DNA of 64,000 nucleotides from positions 1 through 64,000 of the forward strand of contig JAQGDQ010001067.1 of the NCBI GenBank assembly GCA_030141605.1. Direction: 5' to 3'. This DNA comes from Tubiluchus corallicola (lineage: Eukaryota; Animalia; Priapulida). Position 1 is the stretch's first letter; each line of letters opens with the position of its first letter. The position numbers and the translations under genes are program-made. A model generated the notes under the pieces. It made no database searches. It saw only the letters and a list, made by a program, of their open reading frames with translations, and was not told where the DNA came from. Positions 26,001-39,241 of this stretch are shown in pieces.

Positions 26001-28160
26001 TGGGTAGTGTGGTATCTTGAGGTTGGTGTGGCGGGTTGGAGTGGTATGGTGTGGGTGGTGTGGTGTGGGTGATATGATGTTGGTGGCATGGTGTAGAGTA
26101 GTGTGGTGTATTGTGTTGTGGTGTTATGGTATGGTGTGGGTGGTGTAGTGTTGTGGTATGGTGCGAGTGGGGTGGAGGGGGTGGTGTGGTGTGGGTTGTT
26201 GTGTGCAAAATTCTTTTTGCAGGATTTGGCTAGCTTAAATGATCACAACATCCACACAAAACACACCTGATTGTCAGCAGACATCACAATCAAAGCAACT
26301 CTGAGATGGTTTTAAGCAAGAATGTATTGTACAATATAATGCCTTAGTAGAAACAATGGAGTTTAAACAGTATAAGTTTACCCTTTTATGATAAAATAGT
26401 TGCTAAACACTACCACTCATTAAAACTACTTGTGCCAGTCTCAAAAAAGTGCTCTTTTCATCGTTAACATCATTTCAGCCTTACAGGCTTCTTTTCTATA
26501 TAGCACATACACTCAGACAATTGACCTCAGCTATAACGAGACTCGGTTACAGTGAGCAAATTTTGAAGGTTCCTTGAAACTCATTATAAGCAGATTATAC
26601 TGTAGTGCATTTTCTTTCAGCTGAGTGAGAAATTTTGAAACTTGCAGTAAAAAGTAGCCTGCCATATCGAAATAAAATTCTTAGCTTCAGCATCATTTCG
26701 ATCTTTTGAACTCATTTTTTCACATTTTGTGTCATTTGATAGATTGATTCATTTTACTGTAATAGAATCACAACGTTAAAAGCTCTGCTAGGAATTAAGA
26801 GATGCCTTCCATTCCTGTTATCTTAAAGATTTATTTAAAGTTATGGAATTACTAAGACCGTTATTTTTGGAATCATTTATGTATTTTGTGAGAGATTCAA
26901 AAACGGTTTTGCACAATTTGCATTGTTTTTTTTCAGAATTACTTTACACTAAATTATCGTTTTATGTTTCAGAATGGCACGTATAGCCTTTCTAGAGAAT
27001 TGTGGGGTCAAATGTTTGCTAATATGATATTGGGTCGAGACATTTATGGTCCCGGTGAATATGTATTTGGTGTGTTTGATATCAACAGGAAAAAGGGTAC
27101 TGTATTAACAACCGCTCACATTATTAAATGTCACAACTATTGATATATATTGTATTCTAGCTGTCAAAAGCTTTTCAGATAACTTTTCAGATAAGTGCTA
27201 AGAAAATATTTGTGACAAAGGAAGGGGTTATTAAAGGTTACAGTAATTTCTGGTTTCAAAGTTTACAATAATTACTGAAGCAGATAGCAGACGGTTAGTT
27301 TCAAAAGAATGTCTACTGTGAAAAGTGAAAAATTTGTCTTTTTTTCATGGAACTGTCTATTTAGGAGTTTTGCTACTCAAATATAGATCACTGTAGAATT
27401 TTTGACTAAAGTGTAGACTATAAAACAACTAAAAGTTGGTATTAAAAACATCTATAACTTTCATATGTTGTTTTTGTAACTACTATATTGTGCTTTAATA
27501 ACATTCAATAGTAAGGCCTCATTAAGTTGAAACATCAGTGGAACCTAGCTGATTATTGACACTGACAAATCACAAGTTTTTGGCACCCTAGGCTGATACT
27601 TCTGTCTCCCCCATCTCTATTGGGAATTTTTGGTTGTTTATGTAATGACTAGGTTAAACAATTACTTGTGGTGTATTAGAAACACTATTAACCTAGTTTC
27701 TATGTTCTCATTATTAATTACATGTATTTGTAAACTGCTTATATTTAAGCAGGCTGTGCAATTGTTGTGTAATACCTTGCAACTGTTTGTTAGTGGCACT
27801 TATATAAAAGCTGCCCTCAGTAATTGCCTGTACTGTGTTATAAAATGCACCCTTTACATGACTATGAAAGTATACACATTTTCTGAGGAGAATAAGAATT
27901 ATTTCTAAAATGGGCTAACTAGGCTGTAGCCTAGTTAGCCCATTGGTTAATATACCCTGGCTGTTTCGTATGATTATTATTTTGTTTTCATAGCACCGTT
28001 CAAGCTAGTAATCCCAAAATACGAAGATGATGAGGACAGCCTGCCTTCAACGCCGGGTGAAGACATCCCGCAACCAGTACGAAGAACGTCGTCCAGTAAT
28101 AAGTTTCCACGAGTTCCAAAGAAACGAATCATAGTACGAAGTCCACCAGCTGTAGATTAA
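20087..28160 (+). CDS. Sarcoplasmic calcium-binding protein/calexcitin-family EF-hand protein, 277 aa, 7 coding exons
   Basis: Exons 20087-20228, 21617-21669, 21904-22012, 22498-22623, 24001-24113, 26973-27096, 27994-28160; all GT-AG and phase-compatible (834 nt). LSNFQREKL N-terminal motif, EF loops DQDNDGEFSLED and DKDRDAEISKQE, FPYWVQ, GPGEYVFG. Confidence 0.88.
20424..21008. mobile_element. Tigger/pogo-like MITE remnant
   Basis: Starts TA-CAGTAAGTCCTCGCTTAACGAC; the right end is degenerate and abuts a SINE-like head. Confidence 0.5.
21012..21075 (+). mobile_element. tRNA-derived SINE-like head
   Basis: AGTGG A-box-like segment, CTTGTAATCC arm and B-box-like GAGTTCAAATCT; no complete cloverleaf. 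Confidence 0.45.
23070..23832. repeat. 36-bp minisatellite (~20 units) in EF-hand gene intron 4
   Basis: Unit GAAAAACAATGAATAGCATGCAACACTTGGCTTGCT; period 36 (23475 to 23511). Confidence 0.95.
24218..26602. mobile_element. 2.4-kb Tigger/pogo-like non-autonomous element with internal cargo
   Basis: TIRs TAGTATAATCCACTTATAATGAG and CTCATTATAAGCAGATTATACTG, TA flanks, subterminal GTTACAGTGAGC and TTATAACGAG motifs near both ends. Confidence 0.75.
25860..26205. repeat. G/T-rich low-complexity tract (GTGTG/GTGGT)n
   Basis: Strongly strand-skewed degenerate pentamer repeats. Confidence 0.9.
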
Positions 28161-31100
28161 CATCACCTCCTAACCGCGCATCCCACTAATAAGTTTTCGA
28201 ATGAGTAGCTGTCTTAGTGACTAGACATGATTAACTATTAAAGTTAACAGTTCAGTTTTAAAAGTCGAAGTTTGTTTTGTCAAGCAAACATGGTGTGTTT
28301 TTACTATTTTACTTTACCTAAGATGTTTTTTCATTTCTTGTGAGGTAGTGGGTAGTAAGATACTTACAATGGATAGAAGGCTTTTAGCAGCTCTTCCTCT
28401 GGTTATGATCTGCAGCGAGCGACTTTGGGTGTATAGGACTTGATTCTCATAATAACGTAATAAATTTTTTGATACATTAGCTTGCTTCTCTGCTTTTTAA
28501 ATTACTGTTTGTTATTTTGGCAAATCTAATTTCTAAAAAAACCAAGAATTTCACACTGCTGTCCAGGCCACACATTTTTGCTTCTCTGATTTGCTTCTGT
28601 AATATCAGTCTTCCTTTAAATATAGTCATGTAATTATGGAGGTACTGGTGTTATTTCTTTGGCTCTTTTGTACCGAATGTTTAACTGTCATTGGTTATTG
28701 CTGTAAGCAATTGATTTTTTAGCATTTACCTGAAATGATCCTGAAAGCTGACCTTTTTTTTTCAAGCTTAAATTGGAAAACCCACTTAAATGGTACATAA
28801 CAGATGTAATATAAAGATTGCACACTCTACTCAGTACTTTAACATCAAGGTTTCTTCATAACTTATTATTGCCTGTTTTGCAAATTATTGTTAGGGACAC
28901 GAGTAAATAATATATATTTCTCATAAATGAAAGATGCTCAGCTCCGAAAATCGCATTTTAAATATAAAAAATATATAATAAAGTTTTGTTAACAACGATT
29001 AATTTTGGAATAATTTTTGTTTAAGCAGCATAGCTGAGCATACTCTTACAGAATGTCACCTTGAAAGGTGACAAGTACATCTTTTAATAATGCACAAATT
29101 TGTTCATGTTGATAACTATACCTATGTTTTTCATTTATTTTGTATTCACACAGGTTTTTTAACAGATTTAACTTTGTATAATGTAATATGAATGGTGAAT
29201 CTTTTTCACCAAAAATATTATTTTTGCTAACTTACATGTTCAATTTATATTTTGCATTAAACAAAACACCTGTACAACTGCATTATAATCGCAGTACATT
29301 TAAAATGCATAAACTGTGATATCTCTATCAATGTTTATTATTGTACAGGCTTCATTATGGTGTGCTGAAATTAAATTTTAGCTCTGTAATGAATTTTGCA
29401 ACATACATATTTTCACGTACATATTTTATTTTAAGCTTCAGGTGTTTCAAATTTTGTGCTGTGCACTGCAGCGGTGTGGAAAACATAAACTGAGACAGTA
29501 ATTTATTGATTTTTTGACAAGTCAAAAACTGTTCAAAATACAGTCACCCAAATAGGGCAGTGATATAAACATGCCATGTAATGGAGGCCACAAATTAGCA
29601 ATCACATGTAGATTTTTAGAAACTCCAGTAACTAACTGTATCTCAACTTTACCAGTTGTTAAAATGAAGCTGAAATAGTAAGTGCTTTCCTTCTTTGTTC
29701 TAGTCTAGTCTCACATTGTACTGGTCTAGAGATAAATGTGATCTGAATAAATTATCATTTATTTTACCATTTTGTTATTTTGCTAACATTGTTTTAATGC
29801 TTTCTTTAAATTAGAATTTATTTTTGCACTTAACAAAAATACGCACAGCTTTATGAAATGTACGTGTTATTGTGATTGTTAATTTCGATATTACGACTTT
29901 GAAATGCTTAGTTTATTCAGAACAAGCGAATTGTTAAAATGGGTTGTTTGTTATTAATTAGAAATCTTTATATTTTACTATCTAGACTAATAAAATTGCA
30001 TTAAAATGAATCATATAGCCTTCTTTGCATCAAGATAAAATAAAGCTTCTATATTTGTTTGGTAAAACTGGTCTAACTGAACATTAGCACTTTTGTCCAT
30101 ACAGTTCAGCACTGCAGGATCCAGCAGCTTCGCGAAGCAGATTCATTGAAAGGTCAAACGTATGTTTGTACGTAGGAACGTTCTTAGCACTATGCATGGA
30201 TTCGTTAAGGCAGTTTTCATAAAAACTTAAATTTGTTCTTAGCGTTGTGCAATGATTAGAGTAACTTTACACAATAAATACTATTTTGCAGCAAGTAATA
30301 ATAGAAATTTGATACGTAAAGAATTATTTTTTGCAATAGATTAGAAATGAAAACGGTTTACAAACTATATATCTTCACCATAGACCATAAGGCTTGCATC
30401 TCTCTCTCTCTCTCTGTCTGTCTATCTATTTATGTATTCATCCGTCCATCCATCTAGATATTTATCTATCAATGTTTTTGTCTAAAACCTACCTTACTTT
30501 CCTAACTAGCAACTGACTGATCACCCAAGCTACTTACTTATGTACCTGCCCATCTATCCATTTATCTTTTTCTCATTATTCTCCTGCTAGATTCATTGGT
30601 AATTTAGAGCATTTCAGCAAAAAAAGAGACAAACACAAAAACAAACATGCCTCAAACTTACTGTAGGCTTCCAAAAAGTAAGAGTTGGGGAGTTTATTGT
30701 TTTACAATTTGTACAGCAATTATATTAAATTATTATGCCGAAGTACCAATATTCCTGATATTCGAAATGCAGATGTCATGATGTACTTGAAGATAAAGAC
30801 TAACTCAACATTTACAAGGACAAAATGATCTAATGAATTCAATCTACTTTTGTGGAAAACACCTCATGTCGTAAACTATAATTAGTATTCATTACTTTGA
30901 CAGAATCGAGATAAGATGTAGCTCACAATAAGTGATGTTTAATGTAATTATAAATGGAGTAGTTGTACATATGTGCGTACACAGGAATCACATAGCTAAG
31001 GGAAGAAGCTACACATGTAATGTGATTTAACAGTCATTTAGTTAAAAAACAATAACCAAAATTCAATGGCTTAGAATCAAAGGGTAATTTTTTTTAGAAA

Positions 31101-31474
31101 AAAGACTATGCTGCCACAATATCCATAAATCGTAAACAGTATATTTGTCATCAGTATATAAAACTAGTCAATTTTGCATAAACTTTCACAATTTTAGCAA
31201 ATGAATGTTTGCATGAAAATAAATTGATGGGACTTTGCAAAAACTACGAGTAGTTTAATGAATTAATGATCATATTAATCAATTTTGTAATAACCACGAT
31301 TTGTGGGTGATTATATAGCTTTTTATATTATCTTGACCAGGACTTCTAAAATCATTATGATAAAGGGAAATCCATTTAAATTCGATAAATGGTCAATAAA
31401 TAAATTCAATTCAATTTCAAATTTGATTGAATACCAGTAAAATGACTAAAATAATGAAAGATAAACAAGCCACA

Positions 31475-34390
31475 TCAACTTGCCCAAAAATTCGTTGGCA
31501 AACGCTTAGGTGGTGGTGGTATAGACCCTGTTTTGATACACTTCTCTAAGAACGTTTTCAATCGAATAAGAGGTCCACCTTGTCCTTGCGATGTCACTTT
31601 TTCGATCTTTGGAAAATAGTCACTGCAAATTGTGTACAGTAATTTCTGAAACTGCCTGCCGTAAGCACTGAGCAATGCGAATCCAGCAACTTGCAAAAAT
31701 TCATATATGACTGTGGCTGATATATCTGGATGCGGATGTAAATTGATAATGTTTGACAGCCAAATCCAGCCATGTTCTATTCCATGTGGATGATTGCCAT
31801 GTTGAGAAGGAGAAATTAGTATAGCTGCATACAGGCGAACGATACCAGACATTCGATTTAGAAACTTATCTTGTTTTTCTATCATACCATCATTATAAAT
31901 GTATCCTAAAGCTTTGTAATGATCCTCCTGTGATTCACCTTCTTGTTGTGGTATATAATAAGGGACTAAGTAAGGGCACCTCAAGTGGAAATGAGCCAGC
32001 AGTAATGCACCAAAGTCAGCATAGCGTTGCCACAAAGCAACGGCTACGGCTGCAATAGGAAAAGCTCCTTCGGGTTTTGATGCAACTTCACCATCGCCCT
32101 GACGGATAATTTTCTGAGCAATAATATTTTTAGCAAAATCAGCTCCGTCTGGATGGTCATTTATGGACACTCTTTTCCCAGCAATTTCAATGGTGTGACC
32201 TTCTAAAAGACTGCACAAACTGACTATTTTACTACGAAGATGTGTACCGGAAATTGACGAAATAGCATTTATAGGTGTGTTTATTGCTCGATGAAGCTCA
32301 AACCTTAGCTTCTTATGTGCCGGATTTGATGCTATATCCTTGCACTTCAGAATGCACTGCTCTAATTGCTGTTTTAAATTCTCATAATTTTTATATGCTG
32401 ACTCAGTTATGCATAAAATTTGTCCTTCTGAAAGACTTAAATCTCCAGCACCAGCTTCGGGTTCTCGTGCTTCTTTGGGTTCTGCAAGTATGCTTACATT
32501 ATCATCTGAAACTTTAATTCCAGTTTTTTGTTTCACTTTAATAACAAGTTCTGCTGCTTTTAGTTCTCCTTCAGTGTTAGCTTTGTGTGTAACTTTTTCG
32601 GCAGATTCGTGTAACAGTCTTAAAGCAGTTACTAACTGATTCATCTGCACAACATGCACTGCTGTTGCTCTGTTAGCCTTAACATTTGCTAGAATGGCTC
32701 CTCGTTGATTAACAATTTGCATCACTTCATTATTTATAGCTTTTACCTGCTGGCTGTCCAGCTTTTCAGTATACTTACAAGAGTTGAGAATGGACTGAAT
32801 GTCGACTGACAACTTGTCAATCTGTTCTTCTAAACTAGTCAATGTACCGAGGAGCTTCTTGGATTCTTCTGCCAGCTTCTCACTTTGCTCCTGTGCCAGC
32901 TCAGCTTCTCTGAGTTTAGCGTCAAGCTTTCTAGCATGACTTCGGTACTGGTCTTTCAGTTTTTGCTGCTTCTGTAAAAGTTCTCTCTCCTTATTTTCTT
33001 CTGCAATTTGCATAGTGAGAAACTCCGACATTGCCTTTTGTTCTCTAGCTATTTCCAGAGCTTGCAGCTTTTTTTGTGCAAAATCGCTAACATCCTGCCA
33101 AAATGTTTCATACACTGTCCTTTTTTCCTCTATCGATTGCTGCAACTTTTCATTCCACTGCTCTTCGGCATCCAATTGAAGGAGAAAAGCATTATTTCCA
33201 GGTAGAATCTCACTATTACCAGATTCCACATTAACATGTTTGTTGACATGAAAGTATTTGTCAGATGATCTAGATGATGCACGAGCATCTCCGCTATGTT
33301 GTTCTGGTGAAGAAGACTTTTTCCTTGGTAGAACTGCAGGGTCAATAGTAGGTGGCACAAAGAATTCATCCAACAAATCCCTTATTTTGCCTTTTTCAAA
33401 CCAATCACTAAAAAAGTAAAATAGAAGCAAAATAGTAGAACAAAGTAATGAACTACATAAAATGCATTCCTTTTAAAATTGATATCCAAACAAACATTTT
33501 TTGTATGTTTCATATGTCACTAAGTACAATATTCTTCATCACTGTAGATATTTTGCAATAGTTAGTTATAAGGGACCCTAAATACCATCAGGTAGTCACA
33601 CACATTATACTCACAGATAATAGGTGATTTCAATTTTTCTTGATGTTCAATTGTATTTCTATTTTAAATAACAATTTTTGAGTCAATTTCGAATTTTTTA
33701 CACTTTTCAGATTATACGTCTACATTCCTTGGTTTTGTCATCAGTATAGGTCACTACAAATGCACTACACAAATTGCAAGGTTAGAAATTTTGGAGCTGT
33801 AAGTGGAAAGCTTTTGCTAGCTTCTTCAGTTTGAGTAGTCTGTCGCATTTGGTAATTCGACAACACATGACCACCAGAAGTCTTTAACATACATGGCATT
33901 ACATAAACTTGCATTAGGAAGCTGAAAATAACGCAACATTAAACAATGGTGCAAAGTTAAGAATGAAAAAAATCAAATCTCAACAGCAAGCCACTTTTCA
34001 ATTTTGCTAAGATTTGTACTCAAACATACACAAACCATTGAATACTTGTAATATCTGACATATCAATGACTGACTTTAGAATTACTACAAACTTGGTTTG
34101 ATCTGCTTCACCACAATGCCATACAGAATTCTAAGCGAAAATTGAACTTTCCAACACAGCTCTGTCTCTGTCTGGCAGTTGCAAGTTGTAACTAATATAA
34201 ATTGTAACTAGTTGTAACTACTGTTGTGTCATATACATGTTAATAAAAATTTGACAAGTGGACAGGATGCATAAAATGTGTATGAGTTTCAAGTGCACAA
34301 TTAAAAATACTTTCACACTCACCCATCATAAATTAGCTGACCTTTCTCTGTCTGAGCCAGAGCAATGAGAGTTGGTGACATTGCAGACAT
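31475..34390 (-). CDS. GLE1: mRNA export factor GLE1, 666 aa, 2 coding exons
   Basis: Exon 1 34323-34390 (MSAMSPTLIALAQTEKGQLIYD, donor GTGAGT) joins exon 2 31475-33407 (acceptor TAG) in phase. Coiled coil followed by the GLE1 domain: AINTPINAIS, LLAHFHLRCPYLVPYY, QDKFLNRMSGIVRLYAA, HPHGIEHGWIWL, YGRQFQKLL, GPLIRLKTFLE. Confidence 0.95.
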
Positions 34391-37300
34391 CGTAGAGTTC
34401 TTTATTTCATTGCTCTTTTATTGTTGTCTGTTCCATAGATAGATTCAATCATTAACTAGATAATGTCTATAAAAATAAAGATAACTAAAGTTATTTAATC
34501 ATCTATTAAACACTCACAATGGTTTAGTAAAGAGAATACATTAGGCAAGACATAGTTTTATAATTCTTTCTCTCTGTGGCTTTTTCCAACTTCCCTTCCT
34601 CTTAACAGTAACAAGTTTAACCACATTTTTCTTGCTTTTAATCTTTGGCTATTTTATCGCTATTCTTCAGTAATGATCTAGGCCTTTACAAAATCAATCT
34701 CTAATTGATTATTTACTTTTAATATTCGTAACTCCAAATTTTGGGCAGAGTTGCAAAGCGTAGCTCAAAAACAGAAAGTTAAAAAAACAATGCAGCCTTT
34801 TTATGCAGTCTGGCATAACAGTCTGAATCGATGTAAGCCGTATGATAGAGAAAAGGTTAAAAACAAAGATGAGCTTCTCTGATTTGTTTACAGTCCGCAG
34901 AAAATCCTCATCTGTAATTAAGAGATCAGCATGCACACAGGTCTACAAGCATTTACCAAAATTGAGAAATGAATCCGACGACTTTTGGATCCACTTCTGT
35001 GAAGTTTCTCTCCATTGTCATATATGGTAAATAATGATGGGCAAATGCCTCGGTCATCAAAGTTGTTAAAATAATTGAGATTCAGAATAACTGTTTATTA
35101 ATATTATTATTAAAGGTGAATAAGTATTAATAAGCAGGCCCGATTTTTTAACATTTAACTTTAGTAAGTTATTACTGGTTGCAAAGAAATACATTAATTA
35201 TCGTGGAATATTCTAATAAAGAAACTTCTCACTACATAACTCAAGTTCATTATCCCTGGCCTGCATATTCTCAGAAGCAGTAACATCCACAATTCATTAT
35301 TGTTACCACTATCTTTATAGATCTGCAAATAAAGTTTTTCACTGTCCTTGATCCAAGCTCTGACATTACTAATGGCTCTGCTATATTATCACCATAATTA
35401 TACTAATCCAAAACTTGAGTCTCGACCAGCTGTGCTCTTCACCCGATCGTAGGTTGGCATCACTCAAGGTTGAGCACACCCCTTGATTAAGCATTAAGCA
35501 AAATAAGCCTCATGGGAACACAGGAAGAGAGCCCCCACACAGCTTTTCTTCAAATCGAATACTTAGCCAAAAGTAAAAATACACTGGAATATGCATGGTC
35601 GTTTCTGTGTTTGTTTACATTCGGATGGTATAGATAGGCATCGATTTTTAATCTACTATCACTTTTTATGAAAAGCTGATAGCCTTGCTAATATTGGAAA
35701 TAAATGTTACTGCAAGTTTTTCCATTTTGAAAGTTAAAATTTCATTTAACCGTTTAGTATTGCTTTTATTCTGAATTATACATTTACTGGGGACCATAAT
35801 CTTTATGGTGCTTAGGGCCTCTTGCTGTCTTAAGGTGGGTTTGGTCTAGCGTTATCCCAGGTCGAAATTGGCACAGTCTGATCGGTAGCGTCAGAGAGCA
35901 CGCACGTTGAGCAACCACGACGATAGCTAAGTTACGATCATAAATTCGTAACTTAGCTATGCAATATGCATGCCTTATCAACTATACTTAATTCATTGCT
36001 TGCATGCTTCATGATGTCCAATTTGCATTGCCGCAATTACACTTGCTGCCCAATTTTGATATGCTTTGCAAATATTTTTGCTTTATTTTAATGCTGATCA
36101 ACTTAATTGCTAATACCTAACAGACACTTGAACATTTATTGTACATTTATGTTTTTTTGTCCTTTTCTTAATATTGCTTAAAAACTTAAAGTATTGCTTA
36201 CTTGTTAAATCAGACAGTTTTTTGTATTCTGTTGTTATGATAATTAAATCTGTCATAGATTTGTCATTCTTCAAATTCAAAATTTTTGCTTAATGTATTG
36301 TAATTGTTAGGACAATTTATTTTTCTTTTTTACCTCTTTTCTTTTTTTTGCTATTCACATGTATATTCATAGTCTCTTTACAGATATGTTGTAATTTCCA
36401 TAAAACAAACAGTTGATAACTATTACTTCTTTTAAAGTTACTAATTTAAATTTTATTTTGCGAATGTTGTTTTTTCCGATCATTAAAATATTCTCATTTT
36501 GATCTGATTTTCTGTTTTGAACCGTATATTATCTTTAATGCTTGACTATATTTTTCTTTAGGAACGACTGGTTTTTTGCTGTTGTTGTTGTATTTATGTA
36601 TGTTTACGTACTTTTCATAGTTGCGTTTTTTCTGTCACTAGCGTCACTTTCTCCTACGTTCATTGTATTTTTATATATTTTATAGTTAAATTATTGTAAA
36701 TTCATGGAGAAAAATAATAACTAATTCTAATTCTCGCGTAATACACAGAAGCAAGATGTGAATGTCTTGAAAAATCTAAGTTTAAGGCCTTATATTCTGG
36801 GTTACTGAAGATAATTCTAAGATTTGAGAAAATAGCTAATAAATTACCGCCATATACTGATATTCTGTTTTAGACAATACGGGATACCCTCCAGCAACAG
36901 GTACGCTCTTGATTTTCTCATACTGAGCTGATTTCAGTCTTTAATTCGCACAAATCCACTCGAAAAAATATGGGGCCTCATTAAAAATCATTAATCGTTA
37001 GCTACTAAAAAAGTCGAAGAGTGTAGACAAGAGATGCGTTATTTACTATTATAACCATAAATAAAAGTGTAAATGATTGAAATTATGGCTTTATTCCAAT
37101 TTAAAGAGCAGCGTGCTATTCCAATTACAAGCTAAAGTGCACTGCCTAAAAGAATACCAATCCAAACAATTCCAACAGGAAAAGATGCTAATTAGTTACT
37201 GAATACTATAATAATCACTATAAAATGTACTAAATTGTAAGGCATGTGCAACTTGTCAACAACATTGCTTTCCAACATAAATACTACCGACGCTGAAACC

Positions 37301-39241
37301 AGTCAAAATGTATTGTCGAAAATGACTGCATCATTGTATAGATCCCAATAATCTTGTTCCAAGTCCAATGAGCGCACTTTGCAGATTTCACAAAATTTTG
37401 TTGAGTTTCCTTGCTAGCAGCCACCACCAGTCTCAAGTAACAAATTTCACAATAGTTTCTTATGTTAACCAAGTTATGATGTTCCTGACAGCATGTTTAA
37501 TTGTAAAGAAAGTCTCCAAACCGTTTGTGCTATTTGAATGCAAGTTAGTTGACCAAAGGTTAAGAAATGATTTTATCAATTTGGCAATTTTAGATGCAGA
37601 CATGCTCTTTCCAGTAGAAGCAATGTAGCTCGGTTGCTGCTTTGCTAGTTTAATTTCGGGCAATTTCATCCCATCTCTAACCTCGTATTTTTTAATTACA
37701 ACTTGTGTTATACGATGATGTAGTCGTTGTATGTTAGTCAGCTCTGTTAAATTAAATTGATTCAAGCATCACCTTTATTGTATAAGCTATAGTAGCTTAA
37801 ATGTATACGTCATTGCATCACTGAAATAATTATGCAAAAATTATGTCATCAATAGTCCGTAAATTTTGGTATCTGTGAAATTTAATGTCCGTCTAACTAA
37901 ATACATGTACCCATCTTCTAATGTGAAATTGATATCTGCGCTAATTATTTATTTTAGCTAGCTTTGATGAATTTAAATTATTGGTGGACTCGTGTGTCTG
38001 TGTTTTTGGTATCTGTCGATCTATTCTTTATGTAATACTGCAGCTATGTATTAAAATTTCTGTCTAATAAAACATGCCTATAAAAATTATATAACTAACA
38101 TTTTGATTGTTGTATGTATTAATGTTGTACATTTATCAGCTTTATTAATGTTAAATTATAGCCGTGTACTTTCGTGTAACATGCATCAGTCAACCTGTTA
38201 TTTATGTAACTCTATATCGTGACATGTGTTATCAAATTTTAATATAAAGAAGTCAGCGTCATTATTCCACCGTACAAGTCACTTGTCACGCCTGCAGCAG
38301 ATTCAAAGAATATGCCTAAGGCTGGACGACTTCAGCTGGGATTCTGTTTCTACAGTACATGCAGGACAACCATCGACCTAATCTACGCATGCATAAAGTA
38401 ATAAATGATGAATGGCGCAATCGAATAAAATGTATTTTTCTATCGTCTATATAGACAATTTCGAGGTCACAAACACAAACTATTTGTACTTGGACAAACG
38501 TTCAAAACATCTCTTTGCTCATAGAGTGTTCTTCGTTGGAGCAAGTTGATTAGTTATACTGTAACTTGTAAGTTCAGACACTGTGAAGAAGTTCATGACA
38601 GGTCTGGGAGGTGTGCACCCTCTGACATATTGCTAGCACACCTAAGCTGCTTGAACACAAATATTTTAGGCAATCTATCTAAAAATCTTGTTCCTAAAAA
38701 CTGTCTTGATTGAACTCCATTTCAGTGTGATTTCTGTGATTCTGCTAGATCCACTTCATCAATAGATGAGCAAATTTAAGTTTGCCAAATCAAGTTTCAC
38801 TGTATTTAGGCATTGTACTTTCATGTTTCTTTTTGTATTGACGAATAATACAAAAAGAAATTTTGTAATAACCTGATAATCAAAGAGGTAACCTGATAAT
38901 CAAAGAGGTCACATATGCTGCAAGGAGCCAAAAACAAACAACTCGGATTCAGCTGACTTAAGTTAACCTATGAGATGGAATTATTTGCTTGTTCGCGTAA
39001 TATTATTCAGTGCTCACTGCTCAGGGTTCAGTTAATAATCAATACATAGTAACCTGTCGAAAGAGTGACATGGGCGTAAGCGCAACTCACAAGTTGTGGT
39101 ATTAATCAAGTTCACTTTTTTACTAAGAATTCACTTTTTTTGACAATATGTAATGTTGTTTATTTACAATGGTTTCATGTTGGGAGCTTGTGCTGATGTT
39201 CTCAAATTTATTTTCAAGTGATAATTTAATAGACGAGCAGT

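Noticed and set aside
25792-26208. His/Thr/Pro-rich ORF
   Set aside because: Translation of a G/T low-complexity tract inside a transposon; no splice or domain support.
33408-33430. GLE1 start as given in the ORF track (MLLFYFFS)
   Set aside because: This is the intron polypyrimidine tract; the N-terminus lies in the exon at 34323-34390.
37284-37765. Minus-strand ORF pieces faintly like a LINE RNase H/C-terminal region
   Set aside because: Too many stops and no firm motif; cannot be supported without a profile search.
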